From: Camelus ferus
Lineage: Eukaryota
Direction: 5' to 3'
Assembly: GCF_009834535.1 (NCBI RefSeq)
Contig: NC_045697.1
Location: 92,320,001 to 92,384,000, forward strand
DNA: 64,000 bases
A program made the translations under genes and the position numbers. Shown here one piece after another: positions 25,610 through 39,509 of the stretch; position 1 is the stretch's first letter, and every line of letters starts with the position of its first letter. Under the pieces are notes generated by a model. That model saw only the letters and a program-made list of their open reading frames with translations, was not told the DNA's origin and made no database searches.

Positions 25610-25910
25610 TCAGCATCCAGTCAGAAAAATAGAAACCACTCTAGATATTTCAAGCAGAGAGGAGTTTAACTCAGGGTATTGATTATAAAAGTGTTAGAAA
25701 GTACTAGAAGTGCCACTAATGAAGGAAGATATTGCCAAACACAGAAAATAACTTTCCTTCTGTACTTCTAAACTCCCATCAGTTGCCTATGGGGGAAACT
25801 TGAAGAAGACAGATGACAAGAGAGCCTGGGAAATGTAGTTCGCACGCTTCAGCCCAAGAGGTACAAAGGAAATTATAAAGGTTGATTGCAGAGCTGACAG
25901 TCAACAAACA
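25610..25910 (-). mobile_element. Degenerate ERVL/MaLR LTR fragment
   Basis: tccagtcagaaaaatagaaaccactctagatatttcaagcaga and gagagcctgggaaatgtagt motifs common to old LTRs. Confidence 0.5.
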
Positions 25911-26574
25911 GGGATGGCAAAGTTGGAAAGAAGTACTTCTGGTTGCTGCTAAAGTAAAGCATGTTTATGTATTCTCTGTTTTATGATACTGCCAAAGAAA
26001 TCAACATTTTTATGATTTTGCTCAGTGGTCAATCAAGATAGGAAAAGGAAAAGGGGATTGGGTTAATTTTCAGTTCATATTCAAATAGAGAAATTATATT
26101 TATAGCCAAATGAAGCACATATAAATATTCCTTCCACCTGTGAATGCCACCAGAGCCCACCCTTTGTATACTGTTACAAATACTCAGAGTAGGAAGAAAT
26201 GGGTAATTTTCTCTGTGCTATAAGGATTTGTCTGTGACCTTACATAGCGTTTCCTTTTGGCAGGTCTTGAAGCAGGTCTCAGGTCTTCTTTAGATTTCTC
26301 CCAAAAAGCGTGTACTCAACAAGGGATCAAATTAGCAATAGTGTTTTTAACTATATAACCTGAGATATTAGGGAGAGGTACCATTCAGAATTTAAATTGG
26401 ACATTTCTTTTAGGCCTTTCTTAAATGATAGCACACAGGTCTTTCCCTCTTGTGCACAGCCTCTGATATCCTTTGCCTGTCTCTTCAGAGTAATGTAGAT
26501 CTTACTTCAAGTCTTGAAAGTATACTAATTAGCAAATACACAGCCCCTTCAGGTCCAGCTCTTTCAGTGGTGCA

Positions 26575-27008
26575 CGTTGCAGTTCAAGTTCCACAAGAAG
26601 AAGAGTCTGAGAAGTAAATTTTTGTGCAGGAAGTTTAGTCCAGAATGCTTTTGAGATTGACATTTGTAGCGGAGTGAAAGAAGCAGCAGTAGAAAGCAGG
26701 TAAGGCGGTTCAGAGCAGTTACAACAGGCTTCAGTTTATTTCCAATGGATCTCTGGACCCGGCACCATCCTTCCTGAATTAGTATAAATAAGCTGAGCCT
26801 TCATACCACTCATTTAAACCCATCTTTGGATGTGGCTGCCCCATGAGGGTGGTGCAACTTTGGACGAGGGAGCTTTTTTCAGCCAAGGGCGAGCACCAGG
26901 AGGGGGTTCTCACCTGTGAGTTGTCGGCTGTTGACCCTAGGATATCTGGGGAGATGAATGCTTTTGTACGATAGAAGAGTTCTGGGCATGCACCGTAGTA
27001 TCCACTAC
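26575..27008 (-). mobile_element. ERVL solo LTR (LTR16C-like)
   Basis: gtgcaggaagtttag, ggagtgaaagaagcag, ttggatgtggctgcccc, and terminal gcaccgtagtatccactac, matching recalled LTR16 structure. Confidence 0.7.
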
Positions 27009-29285
27009 TTGAGGAATGGTTGATTCTCCTTATGCTGATTCAAATGTGGGAGTTTTTAACCATGTTGTTCCAACTTTGAGTGAGCAAATATTTTTACCTC
27101 TTGCAAAATCTGGTACATTATCTGTAAGATGATGCTAATGAGAAGACTTAAAACAATTCCTTATGCCCCTGTCCAGACTTTCTACCTACTGGTCCTCTTC
27201 TCTTACTCCTTATTTTACAAATCTGGGCATAAGTAATCATTGAGTTACCTCTTTGGAGGCCTAATTACTTAGCTCACTTGAATTTTTAAAATACCGAGTA
27301 AATTCTTTGCTTCCTCCCCTGTCCTCCTCTCCACCACCCTGTGAGGCACCTTCACCCGATCCTGGCCAGGTGGGAGCTCTTCTGTGTCAGTGAAGGCATC
27401 AGGTTTTTCTTGGAACTTAAAGGATGAATAACTCATGATGGCCAGAGTTGGCAGTATTATAATGCAAAGGTGACTGGGTGAGCTGGAGGAATTCATAAAC
27501 TAGTTTTCCAACATAGTGCCTTCAAATAAGAAGTAGGGGTCATCCTATGTCCTTGACCCCAAAAGAGATACAACATTGTCACCAGAATGCACTGCAGGCA
27601 GGGTCTTTAACTTCTGTAAGGGAGGGAAAGAGTTCATCTACTGCCTCTCTACCACCACCCCCTCATGTAGCCAGAGTAATTAAAAACACAGCACCGCTAC
27701 TCTTATTATGTCCTCACTTGACAATCAGGATAGAGAGCTGCCAATGGTGAGGTATATAAGATGCTCATCTCACTGCTGAAAAAACAAATTCCTAGTGTAG
27801 TGGGTGTTTCTTTGATATATATATATATTTTTTCTGAATCTCTCAAATACTCCTGAAGCCTTTTATGGGCTTAGTGGTAGGTGCAGCTTCCAGATGTTAT
27901 TTGGGGCAAAGTTATTCACACTAAAGTAATTAGTGATCTTTTGACTCTGAATGACCTCAGGCTTGCTAGCCTTCTAATCAGAAGTGGGGAAGCTGACTGC
28001 CCTGAGTTGATAGGATCTTGCTTGTCAGGAGGACAACCTCAGCAGCTTTCTGATATGAAATGATATATCAGTCAAAACTTTTCTGCTCAGTTTTTGTGTT
28101 ACAGAGTAGCCAGTGCTGCCTTCTATATCTGGATCTCCAAAATGGCTCTGCTAATACTGAGAATCAGAGGGCTCACTTCTATCGGTCTAGATTTCTTCAG
28201 AAAGACCTTGTTAAGAAGAGACTTGTGTAGACTGTCCTGGTTTTCCATGTCCTTTCCTACTTTGCCTTATCATATTGCTCCCTGTAAAAAAATATCTCAC
28301 AACTTAACATATATGTGCAAGTCTTTTCTCCTTAATCCTGATGTCTGGTAAGAAACTTGACATATAAGTCCCTGTAACTGGCCTCATTACTGAAAACACA
28401 TTCAAGTGCTGTCAGCCACAGTGACAGTCACATTTGTGAATTTAAGAACATAGGTAATCCTAATGGTGACCCTGAAAACCATACGTCAAATGCCATTGAG
28501 TCTCCCTCTAAGGCCCGTCACCTCTCTCATGCAGCGGCATATTCTCACCACAATTTGGTCTTTCTCTAATATCTGGCACATTTCTTTATTCCTTTTTTGA
28601 TATAGCACTGGTCCCACAATCTTAAGAGCTAACCACATAATTCTCTTTTAGCAAATGAAGAGAACAAAGGGTCCTAGAATCAACCAAAGCATAAATGCCT
28701 TTTAAGGGGAATACTCAAAATCTTCAGAAATTTTGAATCTTTCAAAGCAGAGCTGAAGACCAGTTACCAGCCTGTGACTTCATGGGAGCTTTTGTATACC
28801 CCTAAGTTAGCTCACAAAATGCTCCTGTGAAACATATCTTAAACAGTGCATTCTTCTGGCCTCCAAAGCAGCAATATGCTTATTCGGTGTCCCTTCCATA
28901 ACTGTCTTGTAACATTGAACTCAAACACAGAGAACCATTGTTCAAGCCAGACTCCCATCTAACAGTTTAACAGCCTTACTAAGAGACAGATCCTGGTTAG
29001 GTTTAGTGATCTAAAAGCAAATGCCACTAAGTTCTGTATCTTAGTTTGTGGATTTCAGTTGTGATCCTAATAAATAGCTCAGATATGACTGTCCTCTATT
29101 TTTGCCCAGTTCCAACTCTGATGCACAACCCCTATGTGCTTGAAATACTCCAAAATGCAAATTTCTTCACAAACCAATTAATAAGCAAGCTACATGGTTC
29201 TTCCTGAAGTATACCATGAAAGAAACTTGGAAAGTTTTCATTTAGCGTGTAAAATTTCATTCCTAAACTCGGACTTGCTGGTTTG

Positions 29286-29292
29286 CTCGCTC

Positions 29293-29323
<31 letters not shown>

Positions 29324-29331
29324 CACTCTCA
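29286..29331. repeat. (CT)n microsatellite, imperfect
   Basis: Read directly. Confidence 0.93.
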
Positions 29332-32289
29332 CATCAAATCACTCTTCTTTCTAAAAATGGTATCAGTGGTTTCTAATAGCAGAGCCTTTCTCTCTCTCCA
29401 CTTTCCATTATATTTTCAGCCACTAAAATCTCCCCTTTTTTATGTAGAGGCATTTAACTCATTCTCAAACTTGTAATACTATTTCTACCTACCACTTTCT
29501 AGAAATCCAGCCTCAGCCTTCAAGAAAGCTTATTAAAGTATTATTAAATACTTATTATTTATTCACCTTTTATCAAAGGAAGCTTATAAAATCTTCACTC
29601 AATTTATGTGCATCTAATTCCAAGAAGTAGGATGGGGTGGATTGTCCTAGTGGTAACAAGGAAAAATAAAATTGTCTTTCTAATATTATATCAAAAGTAA
29701 GCAGCAATAGACATTGTACAGACAGACATTTTCTGGCATGAAGAAAACTTCACTTAGCAATAAAATTAAGAGAAACTTTTAAAAACAAATTTTAAGAAAT
29801 TGCAGACTAAAGTTTAAAACTATTTAATATATATATGTAATAAGAAAGAACTAAAATTAGAGAAGTCTGGACCAGTTGTCACATGTGACTGAAAGAGACA
29901 ATATGAAGAGAAGAAAAGCAGAAGCAATTCAAACCAGAAACCACTCTCAAACCACATTCAGATAAGCATTTTTGTAGTTTATTGCATACAGTTATATCTT
30001 TTATAACTGCATATTAGTGTAGACCTAGTTCTCATTTCATGAGTGAAGATTCTTAACTTACTCATATTATAGTTTTACAGAGACACCGAAACTTTTTAGA
30101 TTAGTCCATAAACTAAATGAATTCCATGTGACTACTGTCGTCAAGATTTAGGGTCTAATGTGAAAAAACAGTGTGCTATATGGAGTGATTCCTGAAAATG
30201 GCTTGTTTATATGCATGAGTGTGCTACATGTTATACAGACAACAGTGGTCATGCTTCTCACTCTTAAGGCTACATTTTACCCCACTTCTCCTTTCCTCTT
30301 TCATTTTGTTAGCTTATTCAAAATAATTTGATGCATAATTCAAACATACCTTATCTGGTCTCCATGGGTGTGTCAGTTTTATAAGCAGAAAATTTTAAGA
30401 GGGAAAGAGACTACTAAAAATATATGTATGTATTTTGTATATACAAATATTATATGTATATAGTTTAAATATAGCAAGAAATGATGAAACAGCCAGCAAA
30501 ATATAATAGCTAGTAACTTCAGAAAGTTTAGCAAATAGGATTATGCACTTATCAGCCATTTGACTGCTGAAGTAGATTTCATATATTAATTAATATAAAA
30601 ATTTAGGAGATGTTTGATTTTTTACATTGACATATCATAACCCTAATTACCTTTACCTTAAAATGACATAAAGAGATAAAAGACACGGATTATGTTATGT
30701 TCAAAGGAATGTCATGAACAAAAAGAGAAATATAGGAAATAATCATCATGATTTTGACCTTTTTTAGGTATTGTAATACATTTTAACTTAGAAAACAGAT
30801 TGAACAACCAGAAGGAATGTTTTACCTAACTTTGTAAAACTTTTGGTTTGTACTTTGTGACAATTTGAATGTATTTACTTTTTTGAGAGGCAATAAAAAG
30901 TTAATTTTTTTTTGGTTACCTATCAAAATGTGATTTTCTTATTTTTTAAACACAAACAGTTTGTAGTTTGTTTTATTTTTGTTTTAAATAAGAAGGTAGT
31001 ATAGTGTATGTGATTCACTATTATAACTACAGTGACTTTAAAATTTGGCATCTTGATTATATTTCACATCTCTTGGCTTTTTAGCTTACATTGCTTTTGA
31101 ATGCAGGTCTAGTTTGATTAGCAGATATCTAAATGATTGTCTTTAAAACAGCTTTTTGGCAACATTTTATCACACTGCCTATTGTGTCATCTCTGTTCCA
31201 TTTTTATTAATTAAAATGCAAGACTTGAAAAATTGTTCATGATGTAAGATTACTCAGGCTCATAATGAAATGGAATGTGTGTGTAATGTATGTGTTAATA
31301 TATGTATACTTGTGCATATAACATGTATATTTATATCTGTGTCTCTACCCATATGTTTTATCTGAAGAAATTAATTTACAGATAACTTTTACATGTGAAG
31401 AAATGGCATCTTGTCTATGAGAATACATTGTCATATACTTCTTACTTATATTTTAAGGAATCCTCAGTTCTATCTTTGTTCTTGGTTTACTCGAGACAGC
31501 TTACAGAATATTTCTACTCTGCCATTAACAGAGATCTTTCTGAAACACAAAGGTGCCATGTGTCCCCTTTATGTCCCACATCCTGTGGGATAGAAATTTA
31601 AACTTTGTAATGTGTCCATAAAGGAAGGAATCTGCTGTTTTCATGTTTCCTCCCTTGACGAGTAACAGTGCTTTTATTTTCTTTTGTGACTTGCCCCTTT
31701 TGCAAGGCAGGCTGTCTTGGGATGCAAATCCTATGAGATAGTAAACTAGATTTTATGTTGTACCCCCAAAGGAGGGAATCTGTATTTTTCAGCAGACCCA
31801 CATTAATCCCCACTTGCTCAGCAAAGGCAAGTTGATTTTTGTTTTGTGGTTGTTCCTCCCACAGGGTATGCAGACTCCTTGGAATCAGGAACTAGGTTGG
31901 TCACGTGATTCATACTAGTGAAAACACTCTACCTTTTGGAAATTTAGATATTAAGAAAAATGAATGGAAGAGAGTTGAAGTGATTGAACCCCCCCTCCCC
32001 CCAGAGTGTTCTTTAGTTCTGGTTACCTCTTACCTCTCCTTAAATCCTTTCACCTTAAGTTTTTCTGAGGATTGGGTCCTCTGCTTTTACTTTGATTCTA
32101 AGAGATATAGCAGATGGTTAAAATCAGTTTTGTTGTTGTTGCTTTTGCATAAGTAAGAGGGTTGGATGCTGTTGTTTATAATCAAAGGAAGTTCATTAAT
32201 CCAGGGTTCATGATGGGCAATTTGCTTACCTCTCCTGCTCTATTTCTGACTACTCAAGGTAAGCTCCTCTGGTAGTTTTTCCTTATTTT

Positions 32290-32660
32290 GATGCCTTTTT
32301 TACTGGCTAGTCCTTTTGTCTGGAATGTCTTTCCTGGCTACCTTGTACTTTTGTGCCTAGCTAATTCTTATCTTTTCCTCTCAGGGTTGTTTCCCTTGGG
32401 AAGCCTTCCCTAAGGCCTTTCCCTTCTTTTCACATTAGAATAGGTACCTCTTCTCTATATTCCAATTGCAAGCAAGTTGTGCAAACTTTAATCATAGCAA
32501 TGATATTATAGGTAATTGCTTACTTCCTTATCAGTCTCCCCCACCAGAAATAGTTACTCCAGGAGCAGTTCATTGCCTAAATCTTTGTGCCTGCAGGACC
32601 CATGTAAAACCTTCTTATTACAAATATAATAAAATGTTTGTTGAATAATTGAGTGAGTGA
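32290..32660 (+). mobile_element. L2 3' fragment
   Basis: tgtctggaatgtctttcct, gggaagccttcccta, aataaaatgtttgttgaataattgagtgagtga. Confidence 0.65.
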
Positions 32661-34571
32661 GCTCTTGCTTATTTAAAAAAACACACACAGAAGGTTCTGG
32701 ATATTGTGTTTACTGTGTATTAGAAGGCTCTGATACTCTTCCTCTCTAATCTTTGGAGTTGTCCTTCACATGTCAATAAAAGATTAACATTGACATCCTG
32801 ATGCAAATCAAGGGACATTGGTGGATACCCTGCATTTGAAAATAGTAAACGAGTCTGGATGTCTGTCACAATTAAAGAGATTATAGCATCATTATCCAAA
32901 CTGTGGCCATTTTGTAAAAGAAAGAGGGCCTGTTGTGCCAAGACAACTGGTATAACTGGCTTTGTTTGGGCTAAACTAGAATACAAGGTCATCTTAGTTA
33001 CAATAAGCTGACTCTGTGGTGAGAGACCCAGAGAAGTCAGTGTTTCTGTGGTCATTGTTTTGATGGCTATAGTATGCCCTGAAGCAGGAGTATTTTTTAC
33101 GCAACATCTTCAGTCTGACTATTCAAGAAATATTTAATGGGCAGTTTCTTTAAGTGTAACTTTTGTTTCATTTTGTACTATTTTGTTCCTTAAGTTCAAC
33201 ATCTATCTGGATGATTTGAAAAATAGGAGTCAACCCTACTTCCCACTATCTTTTCTTCAGGCCCAGCCTGCTGATGAAACTTATTTCAAAGACAAGAATA
33301 TTAGTTGGTGTTCAGGTTATTTTTGTTCCTTGGATATACAGAAAGTTCTTGGATTTTGGACAGGCATCTTGTAATTTCAGTTGGCTTGCAGCCCTGTTTT
33401 TAGTGAGCTGAATAAAGATTTATCCTGAAATTCAGCACTGCACAATCTGTTATTAATGCACAGCTGAGGGGTTCTTAGGGTGCACAGAGCCATGAACTCA
33501 TACTTCCAAGTGCTTGAGTAAAAATGCTTTAAGCATCCCTTGCCCTCTAGTCTCCTCTATCTCTTGCCACAGTCTACATTGCTGCCCTAGTTTTGAATGA
33601 AGTCTGAAAAAATAGACATTTGACATTGACTTTACCCTTTGTCCAAATTCAGTGCTTGAAGAAACATGTCAGAGAGTATTCTGATGAACTTTCCGTTGAC
33701 ATTTAAAATCCACTAGACACTATACTATCCCCAAGAAGAGCTCTGTCATTGGGGTTAAATCTGATTTGGCTGTCACAAAATATAGAATAAATTTGGAGAT
33801 TAAAAATAAAATAAAGATCTTTTACTCTCTGGTTAGCAATAATATTGTCTCCAAATAGCAATCATCCTTTCTCAAGCGTATGTAGTAGGGCCCTGGAGGA
33901 AATCCATGTAATCCTTGAAAGACATAGATATTACTAGTCCAGTAATACCAGAAGGAAATACAGAGTGCTGTGAGTTTGGATAACAAAGTGGATATATATG
34001 TCTTTGCAGGGCCAATTGAAAATAAAAACAAGAGCATAAACACTAGTAAAAATAAAGTCTCCATTCTTCTGGAGATATCACAGAGACTAAAAGGCCCCAT
34101 AAATGTCCCTGGTGGAGAGGAGCTAGACTGACATTATCATCTGCATGGTATGTAACTCCTGGATGCTGGAAGCAAAACACAGAACAACCAAGGGACAGGC
34201 CTGTAGAAAAGAAAAATTGTGGTTCTGCATGGGAAGAGCTGAGAGTATATCTAGATGCTCCGAAGGCTCAGAACATATTATGCAGGCTTAGGAAACATAG
34301 GAGACTGAAAATCAAGGTAGTTACCTCCCAAATTTCACATACAAGTTTGAGAAAAGTAATATTGCTGCCATGGTTATTATGAGTAAACAGGTTTTGACTA
34401 ATAAAACTTCACGAGAATTCTGTGACTACCTTCTTTGATTTTAATATATATGATATTGATATTTTGATATTGATCTTGTTAATTAAGCTTTTATAATTTC
34501 TTATCATGATGCCAGATTAAGAAAAATAGTATGCGAAATATATTTGAACATTCTATGATGTCAAGCTTTGC

Positions 34572-34695
34572 AATTTATTTATGTATGTATGTATGTATAG
34601 TTGATTTGCAGTATTATATTAGTTTCAGGTGTATAGCATAGTGATTCAATATCTTTATAGATTATACTCCATTTAAAGTTATTACAAAATAATGG
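34572..34695 (-). mobile_element. Short L1 3'-terminal fragment with (TATG)n-converted tail
   Basis: gtatagttgatttgcagtattatattagtttcaggtgtatagcatagtgattca is the antisense L1 3' terminus; the adjacent tail is a TATG repeat. Confidence 0.8.
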
Positions 34696-34979
34696 TAGGT
34701 TGCTTTTTTTTTCTAATGAAAAGTTTTCCATAGAGTAGAATGTTTCCAAGAAGTTTAAAATTCTATGAAATCTCAATTTATTTAAACTTTTAGCATGCTC
34801 TTTCTGGCTGTAATAGAAGGTACTAGAATAAAAGGACCATTTGTACCACAATCTGCCTGGGCTACAGTGAACAATTAATACATTTATGAGCACATCAGAA
34901 GCTCTCCATAAGTATTACATAAGCTGAATGAAATTAAATGAAATAAGAAGTTGGAACAATATCTCAGTTTCACAAGAAG

Positions 34980-36070
34980 TTTATCCATACATTTAAACTG
35001 TGTTCAATGTTGTAGGCACTTTGGCAAGTGTTGTGGATTCAAATGTAAGACAAGATTTTTCCTAATTAAGCTGATTTTTCACCATCCATAAGGGAGGGTA
35101 GATTTAAGAAAGAACAAATAATAATACTTTGCCAAATGCAATAAAAATTATGTCTAAGAAAGAGAAGTTGTATAGAGGAAGTCTATGTTCTAGAAAAGTA
35201 GGGTCAGAAAAAGCTTTAAGTAAGCTTAAAGTTAAGTAGCACTACAAAGAAAGAACAGTCATTACACAGTCAAGAATAGGATGAGGGCATTTTGGATGGA
35301 AGGAAGAATTTACTCAGAAACAGATGAACAAATGGCAGTATGATTTCCTGGAAGTATAAATAAATCAGCATTGCAATGAGTCTAAAGATTATCCTTAAGA
35401 GAAAGAAAGGAATAGATCATGAAGAATCTTTGTTATGCTAAGGAACTTGACTTGGGGCCATTCACAATGGAAAGCTATTAAAATGTGGACATCTTGAGAG
35501 CAGGAAAGTCTGTCTTTTTTATTTTTTTACCCTAGAGTTTAAACAGTGTGTGACACACAGATGAGCTACAGATTTTTATTTTTTTTTGCTATTTGTTTTT
35601 AGTGACAGAAGAATGGGTAGCTAGATCAAGTGTTTGTATTGAAATGATACCATTAGATGTATTTCGTAAATCAGTCTATTTGACTGTAAAATTTTTAGTG
35701 GGAATTTTAAGCTTGAGATTGGGGAAACAGATAAAAAGCTAATAAAATAGTCCTTCTGAGACATAATATTGTGGATTAAGGTAATGCCAGTGAGAGGGCC
35801 GAAAAGAACGTGGATTTGTGACCTATTAAAGAAATAAAGAAATGATATTTGTTAATTTGTTGGAAATAGGGTCAAACAGAGAAAAGGATGCAGAGAGTGT
35901 AATTCATATTTTCTGACCTAAATGACTAAATCATTGGGGATATCACCATCTGCAGTAGGGATTACAAAGAAAAAACAGGCTTTTAGAGAAAGAAAATTCA
36001 GTTAGGTCATGTTTTGAAATGAGTAGTACTTATGCTATATCTGAACTTAAGATCAAGTATTTATTTGGTA
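34980..36070 (-). mobile_element. Fragmented L2 LINE
   Basis: Degenerate antisense L2 motifs: tgtaggcactttggcaagtg, atgctaaggaacttgac, ttctgacctaaatgactaa, aaattcagttaggtcatgttttgaaat. Confidence 0.5.
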
Positions 36071-37849
36071 AGTCTGAATGGAAATCAGAAATTGAAATGA
36101 ATTTTCTAAGCTCCTAAAAATCCCCACTTTTGTTTGGTACATATTGTATACCAATATGCAAATGCAATATGGCCACTTTCCATACTGATTATAATTTATG
36201 ACTTAACTGAGTAGATTCATGTATATTGGACTGGAAACCTATCTGTAGGGTTAAGCTGGGTTTTCCAAAAATTAGCAGATACTTCATCAGATCAAAAAAT
36301 GTGGATTCTGAGACTTTATAAGTAAATTTAGTTAAACACCCTCTTCTCACATGTTCTAGAAATAATTGAGTATTAATTAATTCCTTGCACTGATACCTGA
36401 TTTGTGCATTTACTTTTCCATTCAAGGCAGTTAACTTAGGCATTCAACATTTCTATGCCAGATGTACTCCTTGGACAGTTTTTCTCTGTGTTGTATCTCT
36501 GTACTTTGAACTGCTTTGTAATTTCACTGAAGATACAAGCCTATAGACAACTTGAGAGTTCCTCTGTCAAGAATTTGAAACCACTGTGAGAATTCAAGGA
36601 GAGAATAAGGAAAGGACACAAAAGATACAATAAAAGAATTAGAAGACAGAGTCTACTCAGAAAAAATGTTAAGTACTTTGAACAGACAGGAGTAACTTCA
36701 GATAACATGGAAATGCATTGCTGGGGAATCAGAAGTGTTATTCAGACAATATGAAAAGAGAGGTTGCCACAAAAGCTCTGGCAGTTATTTTCTTTACTTC
36801 TACAAGAATTTGCTTGGATTCTTTTTTGTACTGACATTATAATATCACATTAAAAACATTAGTCACACTTTATGGAGGCATTTATGGATAAAATATAGAG
36901 AAATTATTCTAATTTATGTAGACATTTATAGCTAAAAGCAAAAAAAAAGCACTCAGTTACTAAAGAAGCATAATGCAGAGCTGCATAACTTAACTTTGCA
37001 GTTATAGTTTTCAATAAACACAAGTTTTTGCATAGGAATAGACTTTGAATCAGTAGTAATTATATATTATTTTTGTATATTTGTATGAGCAATAGCATAA
37101 TAAACTTAGATCTTAAAATTTCTGTGAATAACAACTCAAGTTTGTGAGCTATAGTAATAATTGTATCAGTGACAGCAAAAAAACAGAATTTGAGATCTAG
37201 CAATAAACTTACTACAATGAGTTTTCTGTGTCTAGGAGATATACTTCTGAGATTCAGTGAGTCCCAGTGTAGTCAAAACACTAAATATTTGAAAAAATTA
37301 TACCATTATCCTTTCTACCTTACACAAATCCACAGATTTGTGTATCTGATTGTTAACAGAACGTAGTCATAAGGGGGAAGAAAGTTTATCTCAGATTTTT
37401 GTCTTGCGATAGCTTTTTCTCTTATTTTTCCTATAAAAATAGGAATTTTGTTTGCTTATTGTCTGTTTGCATTTCAGGCCCATTTGTATATTTGATGGCT
37501 ATTAACTATACTTTCCCTTAGAAAAATGTTAATATACACACTATTTTGCTTAAGATGTATGGGAGATCACAGAAGCTCCTCAAACCTATCTGGAGAGCCC
37601 AGATCAAGAATTTTTAATTACAGGTTTTTCTTTGTGGATTAGAATCCACCCGCATCAGCTTATTTCTCTCTTCTCAATCAGTTTTCATATACCTTATCTA
37701 GGATAGTCTTGTTTTACAGTCACATTGTGGGTGTATTTGTTGAATTGGGATTTGGAATTGTTGTATGTCCAATCTTGATGCTTCAGCTCATACTTTATAG
37801 AATCCTCTGAGAGCAAACTGTGTTTTGAAGATGACATGAGTTAAAAACT

Positions 37850-38757
37850 TCCACAAGTGAACATGGGCAACTCTGAGAGTTAAAGACTTCAGGAGGACTC
37901 AGTTAGAGGGAAGCCTTCACAGTTTGTGAGATTTACTTCTGGGAGCCTGACTGGATTCTCACAGTAAATATCAGAGAAACATGCCTTCTTGCCTCTGGTA
38001 GGGGGAGAGAAAGGAAGAAGTTTGAAAAATACCAGAGCAGTCTGTTCTTCTTAACAAGGGCTGCCATTGAGAGAAGCTAGATAACCAGCCCCTAACCTAC
38101 TGAGGTATTATCAAAGCCTTACTGTCCTAGGGGAAGGGAAATACCCGAATCCAGTTAGGTCTAGCCAGCGTCTCCCACTTAAGGGGGAGGAAAAAACAGA
38201 GATAAACGTATGAAGTTCGTAGTTTAGGGACATAGGCTCGCTGAAAGACTGAAGCCTCATCATTGAACTATAGAAAGCTTCCTCCCACCCCCTAAACACC
38301 ACATTAATAAAGGCCTATTTATAGCAGTCGCTTTTACTTAGTACTTCATGTCCAGCTATCAAGAAAAAATTGCAAGGCATGCCAGAAGGGAAAAAAAACC
38401 CAACACAATTTGAAGAGGCAAAGCTAGTGTCAGAACCAGACATGGCAAGGGTGTTGAAATGATTAGATGGAAAATTTTAAAGAACTGTGACTAATATGCT
38501 GAAAACTCTAATGGATAAAGTAAAGACTAGGTGGGCAATGTAAGCGAAGAGATGGAAATCGAAGAAAGAACCAAAAAGATATGCGAGTGATCCAAAACAC
38601 TGTTAACAGAAATGAAGACTGCCTTCAATGGGCTTATTAATAGACTTGACATGGCTGTGAAAGGAGCTAGAGGATTTATCAATACAAACCTCCAAAACTG
38701 ACAAGCAAAGAGACCAGGGAGTGAAAAAAACAGAACTGAATATCCACAGCTGTGGGC
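37850..38757 (+). mobile_element. Old L1 (L1MC/MD-type) 5' region and degenerate ORF1 N-terminal part
   Basis: atgtccagctatcaagaaaaaattgcaaggcat, taacagaaatgaagactgccttcaatgggcttattaatagacttgacatggctg (TEMKTAFNGLINRLDMA, ORF1 coiled-coil-like). Confidence 0.7.
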
Positions 38758-39218
38758 CAACATGGCAAAGAGACTCTGCAGATGTGATTGAATTAAAGAT
38801 CTTGATATGGGGAGATTATCCTGGATTGTCTGAGTGGACCCAACAAGAGGGAGACAGGAGAACGAGAGTGAGAAAATGAGATGTGAAGATGGAAACAGAG
38901 GTATTGTATGTGTGTGTGTGTGTAAATGAGAGACAGAGAGAAGAGAAAGAAGTTGGAAGATGCTACAGTACTGCCATTGAAGAATTGAGAAAGGGACCAC
39001 AACCCACTAACCAAAAAATATAAGGCTCTCTAGAAACTGAAAAAGGCAGGAAATGGATTCTTCCTTCAGTGCTTCCAGAAGTAACCATTCCTGCTAACAC
39101 CTTACTGTAGCCCAGTGAGACCAATTTTAGACTCCAGAACTATAAGAGAATAAATTTGTGTTGCTTAGATCACCAAGTGTGTGGCAGTATGTTACAGGAG
39201 CAACAGGACACTAACACA
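38758..39218 (+). mobile_element. ERVL-MaLR LTR (MLT1D-like), 5' end missing
   Basis: gcagatgtgattgaattaaagatcttgatatggggagattatcctggatt, ctagaaactgaaaaaggcaggaaatggattct, ctccagaactataagagaataaatttgtgttg, ending actaacaca. Confidence 0.85.
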
Positions 39219-39509
39219 ATATATCAATAGATTAACCAGGGGGCAGGGTAGCAGGGGACAGTGTTACATATGCATGTATCTTGCAGTTACAAGATGTAAA
39301 AAATAAAATAAACTACAAGCAATGCTTGTGGCTGCACAGAGTAGTATAAAACTAATTGCCTACAAGATTAAGAACAAGCTCAAAGAAAGGACGACATTTC
39401 AATTTATTCTTAAAGAGTGTCTAATAAATATGATAAATATGTGGTAAAGCAGTCTGCAAATGAGATAGCTTAATTTAAGGGTGGGCCCATAAAACATGTT
39501 TTTTAATTT

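Noticed and set aside
38527..39000. 157-aa minus-strand ORF, the longest in the track
   Set aside because: Spans an MLT1 LTR, a (TG) tract and L1 debris; GTG start and no protein features.
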